A stretch of DNA of 51,361 nucleotides from Chloroflexota bacterium (GCA_040882345.1 JBBEBL010000263.1:2264-53624); one strand, 5' to 3'. Positions 37,056 through 46,863 are shown, numbered from the stretch's first letter. Notes: generated by a model not told the origin, from the letters alone. Numbers and translations: made by a program.

Positions 37056-37493
37056 CTACTCGTCCTCGTGGGCGTCGAGGCCGAGCAGCTCCATCTGGAC
37101 GTAGTCGGACGTGTCGAACGCGAGCTGCTGCGGCGCGAACGGTGAGCGATCCTCACCGGCCGGGCCGATCGGCGCGAACTCCACGATGACGCGCTCGTCA
37201 CCCTGCACCAGGGCGTAGACCAGGAGCTGGTCCGGGCGTGTCTCGAACTCGAGATGCTCGAATGAATCGATGTTCAGGGTGATCGCCAGGGGCGTGAAGT
37301 AGGTGGAGGTGTCCGGCGCATCCGTGACGACGCGTTCCACCCAGCCCGTGCCGATGGCGATGACATCGCGGCCGCGCAGGTACCGATACGAGACGGTCTG
37401 CTTGATGAGGGGGCGAAGGAGGTGGAGCATGTCCGTCCGGCTGGTGACGACGCCCGCGTTCACGAAGAACTTGGCAGCCGGCGTGGTCCGCAA
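37056..37493 (-). CDS. Hypothetical protein (145 aa), acidic C-terminus
   Basis: TTG start at 37493 preceded by GAGGAG at a 9-nt spacing. The sequence is non-repetitive and globular-looking (VIAIGTGWVERVV..FTPLAITLNIDSFEHLEFE). No family recognised. Confidence 0.6.
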   Translation of the reverse strand: MRTTPAAKFFVNAGVVTSRTDMLHLLRPLIKQTVSYRYLRGRDVIAIGTGWVERVVTDAPDTSTYFTPLAITLNIDSFEHLEFETRPDQLLVYALVQGDERVIVEFAPIGPAGEDRSPFAPQQLAFDTSDYVQMELLGLDAHEDE

Positions 37494-37621
37494 CGGATCG
37501 GTCTCCTCGGGCGCAGGGGGCCGGTGGGTGGGCCCGATGTGGCGCGATGGTAGCGCACCGGACGGGCCACGGAACGGCGAAGTTCGCGGGTACGAGCGGC
37601 CCGCCGCGTATCATCGCGACC

Positions 37622-38434
37622 ATGCTGTTCGCCATCGACATCGGCAACACCAACATCACCGTCGGGATCATCCGCAACGGGACGCTCATCACGACCCGGC
37701 GCGCCGCGACGGACGCGCGGATGACCGGCGACCAGCTGCGCATCCTGGCCGGAGACCTGCTGGCCCTGGACGGCCTGGCCCTGCGCGACGTGGCGGCGAT
37801 CGCCTGCGCGTCCGTGGTGCCCAACCTCACCACCGGGACCGAGGCGCTGGCAGCAAGCCTTGACCGGCCGCTCATCGTGGCGACCGCCGGGACCGTGCCG
37901 ATCCCGGTCCGCGTGGACCGACCCGGCGAGGTCGGGGCGGACCGGCTGGTCAACGCGCTGGCGGTCGCGCGCCTGTACGGCACGCCCGCGGTCGTCGTGG
38001 ACTTCGGCACGGCCACCACGCTGGATTGCGTGGCCGCGGACGGCGCCTACGTCGGCGGGGCGATCGCGCCCGGGTTGGAACTCGGGCTGGAGGCACTCGC
38101 GGCGCGGACGGCGAAGCTCCCGCGCGTGGAGCTGCGCACCCCGGACCGGGCCATCGGCCGCGACACGGTCAGCGCCATCCAGGCCGGCACGATCTTCGGC
38201 TACCAGGGACTCGCGGCCACCCTCCTCGCGCGGGTGCGACGCGAGCTGGCGGATCTCGCCGGCATCGAGCCGGCGGCGGTCCGCGCGGTCCTGACCGGCG
38301 GCCTGTCCGGCGCGCCGTGGGCCACCGCGATCGAGGGTGTGGACGCCATCGACCCTGACCTCACGCTCAAGGGCCTGGGCATCCTCCACGCAGAGGTGGC
38401 CGGCGGCGAGCGTATGGAACTCGGGCTGACGTGA
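37622..38434 (+). CDS. coaX: Type III pantothenate kinase
   Basis: MLFAIDIGNTNITVGI..GADRLVNA..VVVDFGTATTLD..IAPG. A TATCAT box at 37609-37614 lies 7 nt upstream of the ATG. Confidence 0.92.
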   Translation: MLFAIDIGNTNITVGIIRNGTLITTRRAATDARMTGDQLRILAGDLLALDGLALRDVAAIACASVVPNLTTGTEALAASLDRPLIVATAGTVPIPVRVDRPGEVGADRLVNALAVARLYGTPAVVVDFGTATTLDCVAADGAYVGGAIAPGLELGLEALAARTAKLPRVELRTPDRAIGRDTVSAIQAGTIFGYQGLAATLLARVRRELADLAGIEPAAVRAVLTGGLSGAPWATAIEGVDAIDPDLTLKGLGILHAEVAGGERMELGLT

Positions 38435-39756
38435 CCGACGGCGGTCGCCTCCATGGGCGCCTCATCGGTCTTGGCGTGACCGGTTCCATCGCCGCCTACA
38501 AGGCGGTGGAGCTCGTGCGCCTGCTGCGCGCGGAAGGCGCGGACGTATCCGTGATGCTGACGCCGTCCGCCACGCGGTTCGTGGGCCCGCTCTCGTTCGC
38601 GGCCCTGTCCCGTCACCCGGTCGAGACGGAGGTCCTGGACCTGCTCGCGGACCAGCGCATCGGCCACATCGTGGTCGCCGACACGGCGGATGCGATCGTC
38701 GTGGCGCCGGCCACCGCCCACTGGCTGGGCGCGATGGCCCACGGCCTGGCCGGTGACGTCGTGACCGCCACCGTCCTCGCCACGTCCGCTCCGGTCGTCG
38801 TCGCCCCGGCGATGGACGGCGACATGTGGACGCACCCGGCCACCCGCGACAACGTCGCGCGGCTGCGCGACGGGTTCGGGTACACGATCGTGGAGCCGGA
38901 GGTCGGTCCCCTTGCCTCCGGGCAGTCCGGCACGGGGCGCCTGGCGGACCTGGCCGCCATCGTGGACGCCGTGGTGCGCGTCGCGACGGCGCGGCCCGTC
39001 CGCGCGCCTGACCCATCGGACCGCCCGCCGGTGGTCGGCCCCGCGCGGGACGCCGACCTGGAGGGCATCCACGTCGTCGTGAGCGCCGGCGGAACCCGCG
39101 AAGCGATCGACCCGGTACGGTTCATCGGCAATCGCTCCACGGGGAAGATGGGCGCGGCGGTGGCCGCGGCGGCACTCGATCGCGGCGCCCGGGTGACGGT
39201 CGTGGCCGCGAACGTGGAGGTGCCGCTCCCCGAGGCGGCCACGGTCATCCGGGTCGAGTCCACGAGTGACCTGCGGGATGCGCTCCTGGGCCTCGTCGGG
39301 GAGGGCGGCGGCGCTCCCGGGTTCGATGTCCTGGTCATGGCGGCGGCGGTCGCCGACTTCCGTCCGACCGCGACCGCCGGGACCAAGCTCCAACGGGGCG
39401 ACGGCCTGCACCTGGACCTGGAGCCCACGCCGGACGTGCTCGCCGCGGTGTCGGCGACGGTCCGCGGCACGACGACGCCAGCGCCCGCGCCCGTGCTCGT
39501 CGGGTTCGCGGCCGAGACGGGGTCGCTGGACCGGGCCGCCGACAAGCTCCGACGCAAGGGCGTGGACCTCCTCGTGGCCAACGACGTGTCCCAAGTGGGA
39601 TCCGGCTTCGGGACGGACACGAACCGCGTGAGCATCCTTGGCTCGGACGGTGGCCGGGACGATCTGCCGCTCCTGACCAAGCGGGAGGTCGCCGACCACA
39701 TCCTGGATCGCGTGGCCCCCTTGCTGGACGCCCGCCGCGGTGGCGCGCAGACTTGA
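38431..39756 (+). CDS. coaBC: Bifunctional phosphopantothenoylcysteine decarboxylase / phosphopantothenate-cysteine ligase
   Basis: GVTGSIAAYKAVELVRLL..APAMDGDMW (flavoprotein half), then VSAGGTREAIDPVRFIGNRSTGKMG..AAAVADF..KLRRKGVDLLVAND. Confidence 0.92.
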   Translation: MTDGGRLHGRLIGLGVTGSIAAYKAVELVRLLRAEGADVSVMLTPSATRFVGPLSFAALSRHPVETEVLDLLADQRIGHIVVADTADAIVVAPATAHWLGAMAHGLAGDVVTATVLATSAPVVVAPAMDGDMWTHPATRDNVARLRDGFGYTIVEPEVGPLASGQSGTGRLADLAAIVDAVVRVATARPVRAPDPSDRPPVVGPARDADLEGIHVVVSAGGTREAIDPVRFIGNRSTGKMGAAVAAAALDRGARVTVVAANVEVPLPEAATVIRVESTSDLRDALLGLVGEGGGAPGFDVLVMAAAVADFRPTATAGTKLQRGDGLHLDLEPTPDVLAAVSATVRGTTTPAPAPVLVGFAAETGSLDRAADKLRRKGVDLLVANDVSQVGSGFGTDTNRVSILGSDGGRDDLPLLTKREVADHILDRVAPLLDARRGGAQT

Positions 39757-39763
39757 CCCGATC

Positions 39764-40678
39764 ATGAGCACGACCACTGAACAGCCCCGCCGCCTGACCG
39801 TCGCGGACATCGGCCGCATGTACGCGGACGGACAGCGCATCCCGATGCTGACCGCCTATGACTACCCGACGGCGCGGCTCCTGGACGAGGCCGGCATCCC
39901 GTTCGTCCTCGTCGGCGATTCGCTGGGCCGGGCGATGCTCGGGTACGAGAGCGAGATCGCCGTGACCATGGCGGACATGCTCCACCACACGGCGGCCGTG
40001 ACCCGCGGCGCCCGCCGCGCGCTCGTCGTCGGCGACATGCCGTTCCTGAGCTACCCGACCGCGGAGACGGCTATCGCCAACGCCGGCCGCTTCCTGGCGG
40101 ATGCCGGGGCGCAGGCGGTCAAGCTGGAGGGCGGAGTGCGCACCGCGCGGGCGATCGAGGCGGTCGTGAAGGCCGGCATCCCGGTCGTCGGTCACATCGG
40201 CTGGACGCCCCAGGCGGCGAACGCCGCCGGCAAGGTCCGCGTCCTGGGCAAGGACAAGGCGCAGGCCCGGGCGCTCCTGTCGGATGCCGTCGCCGTCCAG
40301 GAGTCGGGGGCTTTTGCCATCGTCCTGGAACTCATGCCGGAACAGCTGGCCGCCGCGATCACGGACCGCCTGCGCATCCCGACCATCGGCATCGGCGCGG
40401 GCGCCGGCTGCAGCGGGCAGGTCCAGGTGATCACGGACCTGCTGGGCCTGGACACCTGGCAGCCGCGCCACGCGAAGCCCTACGCTGACCTGCGGGCGAC
40501 GATCCTCGCCGCCGCCGGCGCCTACGCCACAGATGTCAAAGCCGGCACGTTCCCGGGCGCGGCCCAGACCGTCCGGATGGACGATGCCGTCCTCCTGGAG
40601 GCACTGGGCCGGACGGACGCCGATCGACCGGCCGGCACGGTCCCGTCGGGCGGGATCCCGCTCGACCGCGACCTCTGA
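39764..40678 (+). CDS. panB: 3-methyl-2-oxobutanoate hydroxymethyltransferase
   Basis: IPMLTAYDYPTARLLDEAG..LVGDSLG..VVGDMPFLSY..VKLEGG..GHIGWTPQ. Confidence 0.92.
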   Translation: MSTTTEQPRRLTVADIGRMYADGQRIPMLTAYDYPTARLLDEAGIPFVLVGDSLGRAMLGYESEIAVTMADMLHHTAAVTRGARRALVVGDMPFLSYPTAETAIANAGRFLADAGAQAVKLEGGVRTARAIEAVVKAGIPVVGHIGWTPQAANAAGKVRVLGKDKAQARALLSDAVAVQESGAFAIVLELMPEQLAAAITDRLRIPTIGIGAGAGCSGQVQVITDLLGLDTWQPRHAKPYADLRATILAAAGAYATDVKAGTFPGAAQTVRMDDAVLLEALGRTDADRPAGTVPSGGIPLDRDL

Positions 40679-40731
40679 GCCCGCGGCGTCCCGGTCACAC
40701 GCTGCCGACCGCGTCCGATGACGGCAAGCCG

Positions 40732-41592
40732 ATGACCCGCGTCCTGCGAACCCGGGCGGACCTGCGGGGGGCGCTGGCTGCCTCCGCCCGGCCCATCGGC
40801 CTGGTCCCGACCATGGGCTGGCTGCATGACGGCCACCGGGCGCTGATCCAGCGGGCTCGTCGCGACGATTCCACGGTCGTCGTCACGATCTTCGTCAACC
40901 CACACCAGTTCGACGCCGCCGCCGACTACACCAGGTACCCTCGCGACGAGGCCCGCGACCTCGCGATCTGCGAGGCCGAAGGCGCCGACCTCGTCTGGGT
41001 CCCGGGCGTGGACGAGGTCTACCCGCCTGGGTTCGACACCCGCGTCAGCGTGGGCGCGGTCGCCCGACCCCTGGAGGGCGCCGCGCGGCCGGGCCACTTC
41101 GACGGCGTGGTCACCGTCGTCGCCATCCTGTTCGGCCTGGTCGGGGCGGAGCGCGCGTACTTCGGCCAGAAGGACGCCCAGCAGGTGATGGTCGTCAGAC
41201 AGATGGCTCGCGACCTGGCCATCGGCACGGAGGTCGTGGCCTGTCCGACGGTCCGTGAGCCGGATGGGCTCGCCATGTCCTCCCGCAACGTCCACCTCTC
41301 GCCGGCGGAGCGCGCGGCCGCCCCCGTCCTGCGCCGAGCGCTGCTGGCGGCCCGCGATGCCTGGTCGGCCGGCGAGCGACGTGGTGATGCGCTCCGATCC
41401 GCGATGGGCGCCGTCCTGGCGTCCGAACCGCTGGCCGACGTGGAGTACGTTTCCGTCGCGAACGCGCTGAGCCTGCAGGAGCTGGATGTCGTGGACGGCC
41501 CGGCATTGGCCTCACTGGCGGTCCGGCTGGGAGCGACCCGCCTCATCGACAACGAGATCCTGGACGAGGGGCGTCCACCGGACCCGCGGTGA
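40732..41592 (+). CDS. panC: Pantoate--beta-alanine ligase
   Basis: GLVPTMGWLHDGHRALI..VTIFVNPHQF..RPGHFDGVVTVV..FGQKDAQQ..REPDGLAMSSRN. Confidence 0.92.
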   Translation: MTRVLRTRADLRGALAASARPIGLVPTMGWLHDGHRALIQRARRDDSTVVVTIFVNPHQFDAAADYTRYPRDEARDLAICEAEGADLVWVPGVDEVYPPGFDTRVSVGAVARPLEGAARPGHFDGVVTVVAILFGLVGAERAYFGQKDAQQVMVVRQMARDLAIGTEVVACPTVREPDGLAMSSRNVHLSPAERAAAPVLRRALLAARDAWSAGERRGDALRSAMGAVLASEPLADVEYVSVANALSLQELDVVDGPALASLAVRLGATRLIDNEILDEGRPPDPR

Positions 41593-41627
41593 GCCCGCGG
41601 TCGGGTCCACGTCGGGTCCGCGCCGGA

Positions 41628-42734
41628 TCAGGCGAGAGACGCCTCCGTGGCGACCTCTGAGATCCGATCGATGAACAGGTACTCCCAGACCAGGGCCTTG
41701 ATCTCATCGATCTTCTCGACATCGGCGGCGTGGGTCTTCACGAGGAGATCGTGGACCTCCGACGCCACCTGGTACGTGTCCTCGTCCACGATCGTGGCGA
41801 ACAGGTCCGCGTAGCGGATCGCGTCCACGACCGTCCGTCGTGGCTTGTAGCCACCGGTCAGGACCAGGCCCAGGGCGTCACCGCCCGCGGGTGCCCCGAT
41901 GCGCTTGGCGTGGACGATGGCGGCGATGACATCTTCGCGATCGCCGGGCACGATGACGAGCGCGCGTGACCCGATGCGCTGGAGCATGTGCTGCGGCTCC
42001 ATCGCCCCGATCGAGATGCCGCCGATGACCTGGTCCAGGTCCGGACCCGGATGGATCAGTTCGCCGCGCACGCCTTCCGCGACCATCGCAAGCGTCGGGT
42101 TGGACAGGATGGGCCGGTACGGCAGCACGCCCAGCAGGAGGATGCCGTGACGGGCGAGACCGCGCTCCAGGGTCACGGCCAGGTCCGGCTTGGCCAGCAG
42201 GTCCACCTTGTTGACGATGGCGCCGGCGACCCGGACACCCTCGCGCTCGAAGAGGGCCGCGTTGAGGACGATCTCGTCGATGGGGCGACCGACGCCGCCC
42301 TCGGAGACGATGACGGCGGGGGCACCAAGGAGTCGCGCCACGACCGCGTTTGACAGGTCGATGACGGCCCCGACCCCGGCATGGCCCGTGCCTTCGATGA
42401 GCAGGATCTCGCGGTCGCCGGCGAACGACGCATGCGCCTCGCGGATCCGCCCGGGCAGGTCCTCCACGACCTTGCCCTCGATGTACGACTTGGTGAATCC
42501 GCGCGGGATGTGGACGGGGCTCATCCTGGCCAGCGGTTCAGTGAGGCCGAACACCGCCTTCATGAGGACCGCGTCCTCGTCCGCGGGGACGCCCTCCTGG
42601 ATGACGGTCCGCTGGCCCACCGGCTTGACGAACCCGGTGGACAGGCCGCGCCGAGCGAAACCGTCCATGACCCCCAGGCTGACCGTGGTCTTGCCACGGT
42701 TCTGGCCGGTCGCGGCGAGGTAGAGATGGCGCAT
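41628..42734 (-). CDS. Stand-alone Pta-N-terminal-like protein (BioD/CobQ-like P-loop domain plus DRTGG-type domain)
   Basis: Start placed at MRHLYLAATGQNRGKTTVSLGV (P-loop). Also EGTGHAGVG, and a C-terminal half with ALVIVPGDREDVIAAIV. No phosphotransacetylase catalytic domain follows. Confidence 0.55.
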   Translation of the reverse strand: MRHLYLAATGQNRGKTTVSLGVMDGFARRGLSTGFVKPVGQRTVIQEGVPADEDAVLMKAVFGLTEPLARMSPVHIPRGFTKSYIEGKVVEDLPGRIREAHASFAGDREILLIEGTGHAGVGAVIDLSNAVVARLLGAPAVIVSEGGVGRPIDEIVLNAALFEREGVRVAGAIVNKVDLLAKPDLAVTLERGLARHGILLLGVLPYRPILSNPTLAMVAEGVRGELIHPGPDLDQVIGGISIGAMEPQHMLQRIGSRALVIVPGDREDVIAAIVHAKRIGAPAGGDALGLVLTGGYKPRRTVVDAIRYADLFATIVDEDTYQVASEVHDLLVKTHAADVEKIDEIKALVWEYLFIDRISEVATEASLA

Positions 42735-42750
42735 CAGGGACGGCGAGGGC

Positions 42751-43356
42751 TCAGCCGTGGGCCCCGGTCTTGCGCTCCACGAGCGACAGCGCGTCGCGCA
42801 ACCGGGCGATCGACTCGGCGTCCACCGCGTCCGGCTCCAGGTGCGGACCCAGGCGCTCCAGGATGTCCGTGACGAGCCCCAGGAAGACGCTCGCATCGGC
42901 CATGAAGAACTGGGGCTCGTTGTTGTAGCGGACGAGCGTGAGCCGGCCCTGGAGCACGCGGCGCTCCTCGACATGGGCGATCTGGGTGCCGAAGTTGTGG
43001 CCCTGGATGCCGTCCGGGTTGTTCAGGAAGTTGAGGGCGTTATCGATCGCCAGGCCGAAGCGGGCCCGCCACGCCACGAGTCGTTCGTGGACCTCGGACG
43101 GGATCCGGACCTCCGCCACCTCGTCGAAGACCTCCGGGGTTATGGTCAGCAGCCCGACCAGGGTCGTCCCCGCGCGGGGGCCCAGCATCACCTGGAGGCT
43201 GCGCTCCAGGGTGAAGACCTCGGAGTCGAAGCGCGGGCTGGTGATGACGTCCGTCAGCAGGTCCTCGACGTTGTCGAGGATGCCGGGCTCCGCCACGGCG
43301 TTCGACAGATGGAGGATCTCCTCCTTGAACAGGAATTTCTCTTCGTGGTCGAGCAT
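42751..43356 (-). CDS. Hypothetical protein (201 aa)
   Basis: Start placed at MLDHEEKFLFKEEIL (ATG at 43356). A TACCAT box at 43364-43369 lies 7 nt upstream. The composition is globular and the gene ends 16 nt before the DRTGG-like gene. No family recognised. Confidence 0.6.
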   Translation of the reverse strand: MLDHEEKFLFKEEILHLSNAVAEPGILDNVEDLLTDVITSPRFDSEVFTLERSLQVMLGPRAGTTLVGLLTITPEVFDEVAEVRIPSEVHERLVAWRARFGLAIDNALNFLNNPDGIQGHNFGTQIAHVEERRVLQGRLTLVRYNNEPQFFMADASVFLGLVTDILERLGPHLEPDAVDAESIARLRDALSLVERKTGAHG

Positions 43357-43607
43357 GGCCGCGATGGTAGCACCGGGCGCGAGCGGTCCCGTGGTGTGCC
43401 GGTCGCGTGGCGCGTGCGATCGCGGTGCCGCCCCCTTGCCGGCGCCAGAGAGGTCGTTCGGGGCGTGCGACTGACAGTGGCAGTCCCCCGACGGGTGAGC
43501 GTGCCAGACGCGCGATTCGGCGCGAATCGGGCGAGACCCTCGCACGTTCGTCACAGGATGGCCACTGTGGGTGCCACCCAGGCAGGCCGGTCTTGCGCTA
43601 CGGCGGG

Positions 43608-44012
43608 TCAGAACTCGGGTTCGAGCGACTCGAAGAGGGTGAGCTGGAGACCGGCCGGCCCATCAAGCCGGGAGTTGAGTGACCTCCAGGGCGTCTCCGT
43701 GGGTGGGGCGATGAGGCTGGCCCCGCCAGCGACCGCGCGGACCGTTGCGTCCCGGGCGTCGGCGACCCCGAGGGCGACGCGGATATGGCCCGCGACGCGC
43801 CGACCGACCTCCACCCGATCGACGTAGGCGCCGTGCGGTGGATCGGCAAGCTCCAGGGTCGCTCGCCCGGCATCGAGGATCGTCACCCGGCCTCCCTCCG
43901 CGGCGAAGGCACCGAGCTGCGGCATGCCGAGCGTGTCACGGTAGAAGACGAGTGCGGCCTCGTAGTCGTCCGTCGTCACGACGAGCCGCATCTCCGACAC
44001 GCCACCATCCAT
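43608..44012 (-). CDS. VOC (glyoxalase/bleomycin-resistance/dioxygenase) family protein
   Basis: 134 aa. The YEAALVFYRDTLGM..LEL pattern is typical of a single paired beta-alpha-beta-beta-beta module. SD GGAGGG lies 7 nt upstream, 12 nt after the gdh stop. Confidence 0.65.
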   Translation of the reverse strand: MDGGVSEMRLVVTTDDYEAALVFYRDTLGMPQLGAFAAEGGRVTILDAGRATLELADPPHGAYVDRVEVGRRVAGHIRVALGVADARDATVRAVAGGASLIAPPTETPWRSLNSRLDGPAGLQLTLFESLEPEF

Positions 44013-44024
44013 GCCCGGGCCCTC

Positions 44025-45290
44025 CTACGGGTAGAGGCCGCGCAGCTCCATGGCATCCGCGACGCGCTTCACGGCGAGGAGGTACGCGGCGGTCCGCATG
44101 TTGACGTTCTCGCGCTGCGCCATGGCCAGGACTTCACCAAAGGCCCGGACCATGATCTCCTTGAGCTTCGCGTTCACGACCAGCTCGCTCCAGTGGTCGC
44201 GATTGAGGTCCTGGACCCACTCGAAGTACGAGACCGTGACGCCACCGGCGTTGCACAGGATGTCCGGGACCAGGAAGACGCCGTTGGCGTACAGGATCTC
44301 GTCCGCTTCCGGGGTCGTCGGACCGTTCGCAGCCTCGGCGACGACCTTGGCCTTGATGTTGCCGGCATTGCGCGGCGTGATCTGGTTCTCCAGCGCGGCC
44401 GGGATGAGGATGTCGCACGCGACCTCCAGCAGCTCTGCGTTGGTCACGTCCGTGGCGCCAGGGAAGCCCTGGACCGTGCCGTGCTCCTGCTTCCAGCCGA
44501 TGACCTTGGCGATGTCCAGGCCATCCGGGGCATGGATGCCACCGGTCGAGTCGGAGACGGCGACCACGGTGGCGCCCTCCTCCGTCATCAGCCGGGCGGC
44601 GATGGACCCGGCATTGCCGAATCCCTGCACCGCGACGGTGGAGGCGGTGAGGTCCAAACCCAGGTGCCGGGCGGCTTCGACGACGCAGAAGACCGTGCCC
44701 CGGGCCGTCGCCTCGGTGCGCCCCTCCGAGCCACCGAGGCTGATCGGCTTGCCGGTCACGACGCCCGGGACCGTGTACCCCGCGTGCATGGAGTACGTGT
44801 CCATCATCCAGGCCATGATCTGGGAGTTGGTGTTGACGTCCGGAGCCGGGATGTCCTTCTCCGGGCCGACCAGGACCTCGATCTCCGTGAAGTAGCGGCG
44901 GGTCAGGCCCTCCAGCTCCTTCTGGCTGAGCTGCTTGGGATCGACGATGACGCCGCCCTTGCCGCCGCCGTACGGGATGCCGACCACGGCGCACTTCCAG
45001 GACATCCACATGGCGAGGGCCTTGACCTCATCCAGCGAGACGTCCTGGTGGTAGCGGATGCCGCCCTTGGCCGGGCCGCGGCCCAGGTTGTGCTGGACGC
45101 GATAGCCCGTGAACACCTGGACGGACCCGTCGTCCATATGGACCGGGAAGTGGACGGTGAATTCGCGGCGCGGCTCGCGCAGGACGAGGCGCATGCCCGG
45201 GTCCAGGTCCAGTCGCTCTGCGGCGAGGTCGAACTGCTGCTGGGCGACTTCCCAGGCATTGATCCGCGCAGCGACGTGCTCGGTGGTCAT
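44025..45290 (-). CDS. gdhA: Glutamate dehydrogenase (Glu/Leu/Phe/Val dehydrogenase family)
   Basis: Start placed at MTTEHVAARINAW. Motifs: GPAKGGIRYH..KCAVVGIPYGGGKGG..VQGFGNAGS..GANGPTT-like AANGPTTPEAD..NAGGVTVSYFEW. Confidence 0.92.
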   Translation of the reverse strand: MTTEHVAARINAWEVAQQQFDLAAERLDLDPGMRLVLREPRREFTVHFPVHMDDGSVQVFTGYRVQHNLGRGPAKGGIRYHQDVSLDEVKALAMWMSWKCAVVGIPYGGGKGGVIVDPKQLSQKELEGLTRRYFTEIEVLVGPEKDIPAPDVNTNSQIMAWMMDTYSMHAGYTVPGVVTGKPISLGGSEGRTEATARGTVFCVVEAARHLGLDLTASTVAVQGFGNAGSIAARLMTEEGATVVAVSDSTGGIHAPDGLDIAKVIGWKQEHGTVQGFPGATDVTNAELLEVACDILIPAALENQITPRNAGNIKAKVVAEAANGPTTPEADEILYANGVFLVPDILCNAGGVTVSYFEWVQDLNRDHWSELVVNAKLKEIMVRAFGEVLAMAQRENVNMRTAAYLLAVKRVADAMELRGLYP

Positions 45291-45845
45291 GGACGAAGGA
45301 CCCTCCGTGTCCGACGACCCTCCTGGGCCGTCGTATCGACGCGGGCCGTCTCCCGGACGACCCCACGGGGCGCATCGACCGCGATCCGGCGCCGCCCGGA
45401 CGGTACCGGGCGAGATCGTCAGACCGGCGACACGCGACTGAGACTCAGGGGTGAGTATAGCCGCGTGGCGGCGATCGCCACCCGCCCGATGGTACCTGCA
45501 CGCAAGGTTGTCGCAACCGTGCCGCAACCCTGGGGTCTGCCGCGCTGCGCCCGGGGCCCGCTGCTTCACCGTGATCGAACGTTCGGGGTCGAACCTGTGG
45601 CGCTGGTCACCTGTGGCCCTTCGCCGTTCCGCCGATTCGCTGCGGGTGAACGGATGCGGGGCGAAGGGCGCATCCGGGCGCTGCAGCCACGGCCGGACGC
45701 GGTCCTGTTCACCACCGGTGACACCTCGCGCGGGAAGGAGCCAGGGTCAGGCTGTCCGGGCGATCACGGGCCCGTTCGGCCTGCTGGTGTTCGGCGTGGG
45801 TGAACCCAGCCGCCCGGCCGAGGCGCGGGCGGCGGGCGGCGCGGT

Positions 45846-46697
45846 TCAGCTGGCCCGATACAGGATCGCGGCCCCCACGCAACCTGGGCCGAGGTGAGGA
45901 CCGACGGACGCTCCCACGAGCTCCACTGTCACCGCGGACGGATCCAGGTCGGGGATGCGACGCAGTACTTCCAGGCGGAACTCCTCCACGTCCGGGGCCA
46001 CCGTGTGCAGGATCGACAGGCGTTCGACGGGTCGCTCCGTGATGAGCTCCAGCAGTCGCTCGCGGGCCTTCGAGCGGGTGCGGACGCGATCGGTCGTCTC
46101 CACGACGCCGTGCTTGACCATGATGATCGGCTTCACTGACAAGAGCGTCCCGATGGCCGCCTGCGCGCCGCTGATCCGGCCACCCTTCTTGAGGTACTCC
46201 AGGGTCTCCAGCGCGACGTACGCGACCAGGTCCGGCGACCGACGCTCCAGCGTCTCCGCGATCTCCTCCGCGCTGCGGCCCTCCGCCGCCAGCTGCACGC
46301 CCATCCGGCAGAGGATGCCCTGCGCCATGGAGACGCCCAGCGAATCCACGATGTGGATCTCGCGGTCCGGCAGCATGTCGCGCGCGATCTGGGCGCTCTT
46401 GATGGTCCCGGACAGGGTGCCAGCCACGTGGATGGAGACGATGGCGTCCGCGCCGGCCGCAAAGGCCGCCTCGTAGGCCTCCTTGAACTCGCCGGGCGAC
46501 GAGGCTGCCGTCGTCGGGAACGGGGCGTCCGGCGCGGTCATCCGCTTCCAGAAGTCCGGACCGCTCAGCTCCGTCCCGGCCTTGAACGACGCGCTCCCGA
46601 AGTTCACCAGGAGCGGAACGATGGTGATCCCCGATGCCGCCGCCTCGACGGGGTCCATGTCGGATGCCGAATCGGTGAAGATCGCGACGCGACTCAA
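45846..46697 (-). CDS. DegV family fatty-acid-binding protein
   Basis: VAIFTDSASDM..VPLLVNFG..TAASSPGEF..IVSIHVAGTLSGT..GGRISGAQA. A TTG start is proposed at 46697, with GGAGG 7 nt upstream. The upstream part of the track ORF is Arg/Gly-rich junk. Confidence 0.82.
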   Translation of the reverse strand: MSRVAIFTDSASDMDPVEAAASGITIVPLLVNFGSASFKAGTELSGPDFWKRMTAPDAPFPTTAASSPGEFKEAYEAAFAAGADAIVSIHVAGTLSGTIKSAQIARDMLPDREIHIVDSLGVSMAQGILCRMGVQLAAEGRSAEEIAETLERRSPDLVAYVALETLEYLKKGGRISGAQAAIGTLLSVKPIIMVKHGVVETTDRVRTRSKARERLLELITERPVERLSILHTVAPDVEEFRLEVLRRIPDLDPSAVTVELVGASVGPHLGPGCVGAAILYRAS

Positions 46698-46863
46698 GAG
46701 GTGGCCTCCATCCACGCTCGCCCGGCGGGCGTTGCGTTTCGGGCATGATACGGGCCCCGGTCCAGCCCGAACGTGGCTCGAATGACCCCTATCGACGTGG
46801 GAGATCCCCCGCCCCACCGGTCCGTTCGGCCCGCGCGGCCCGCACCCGCTACCCTTCCTCGCG

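Noticed and set aside
45789-45804. The exact 16-mer shared with 25904-25919 as proof of a repeat family.
   Set aside because: A single 16-nt coincidence in 51 kb of GC-biased sequence is roughly at chance expectation. It is kept only as supporting detail because both copies are intergenic and have similar flanks.
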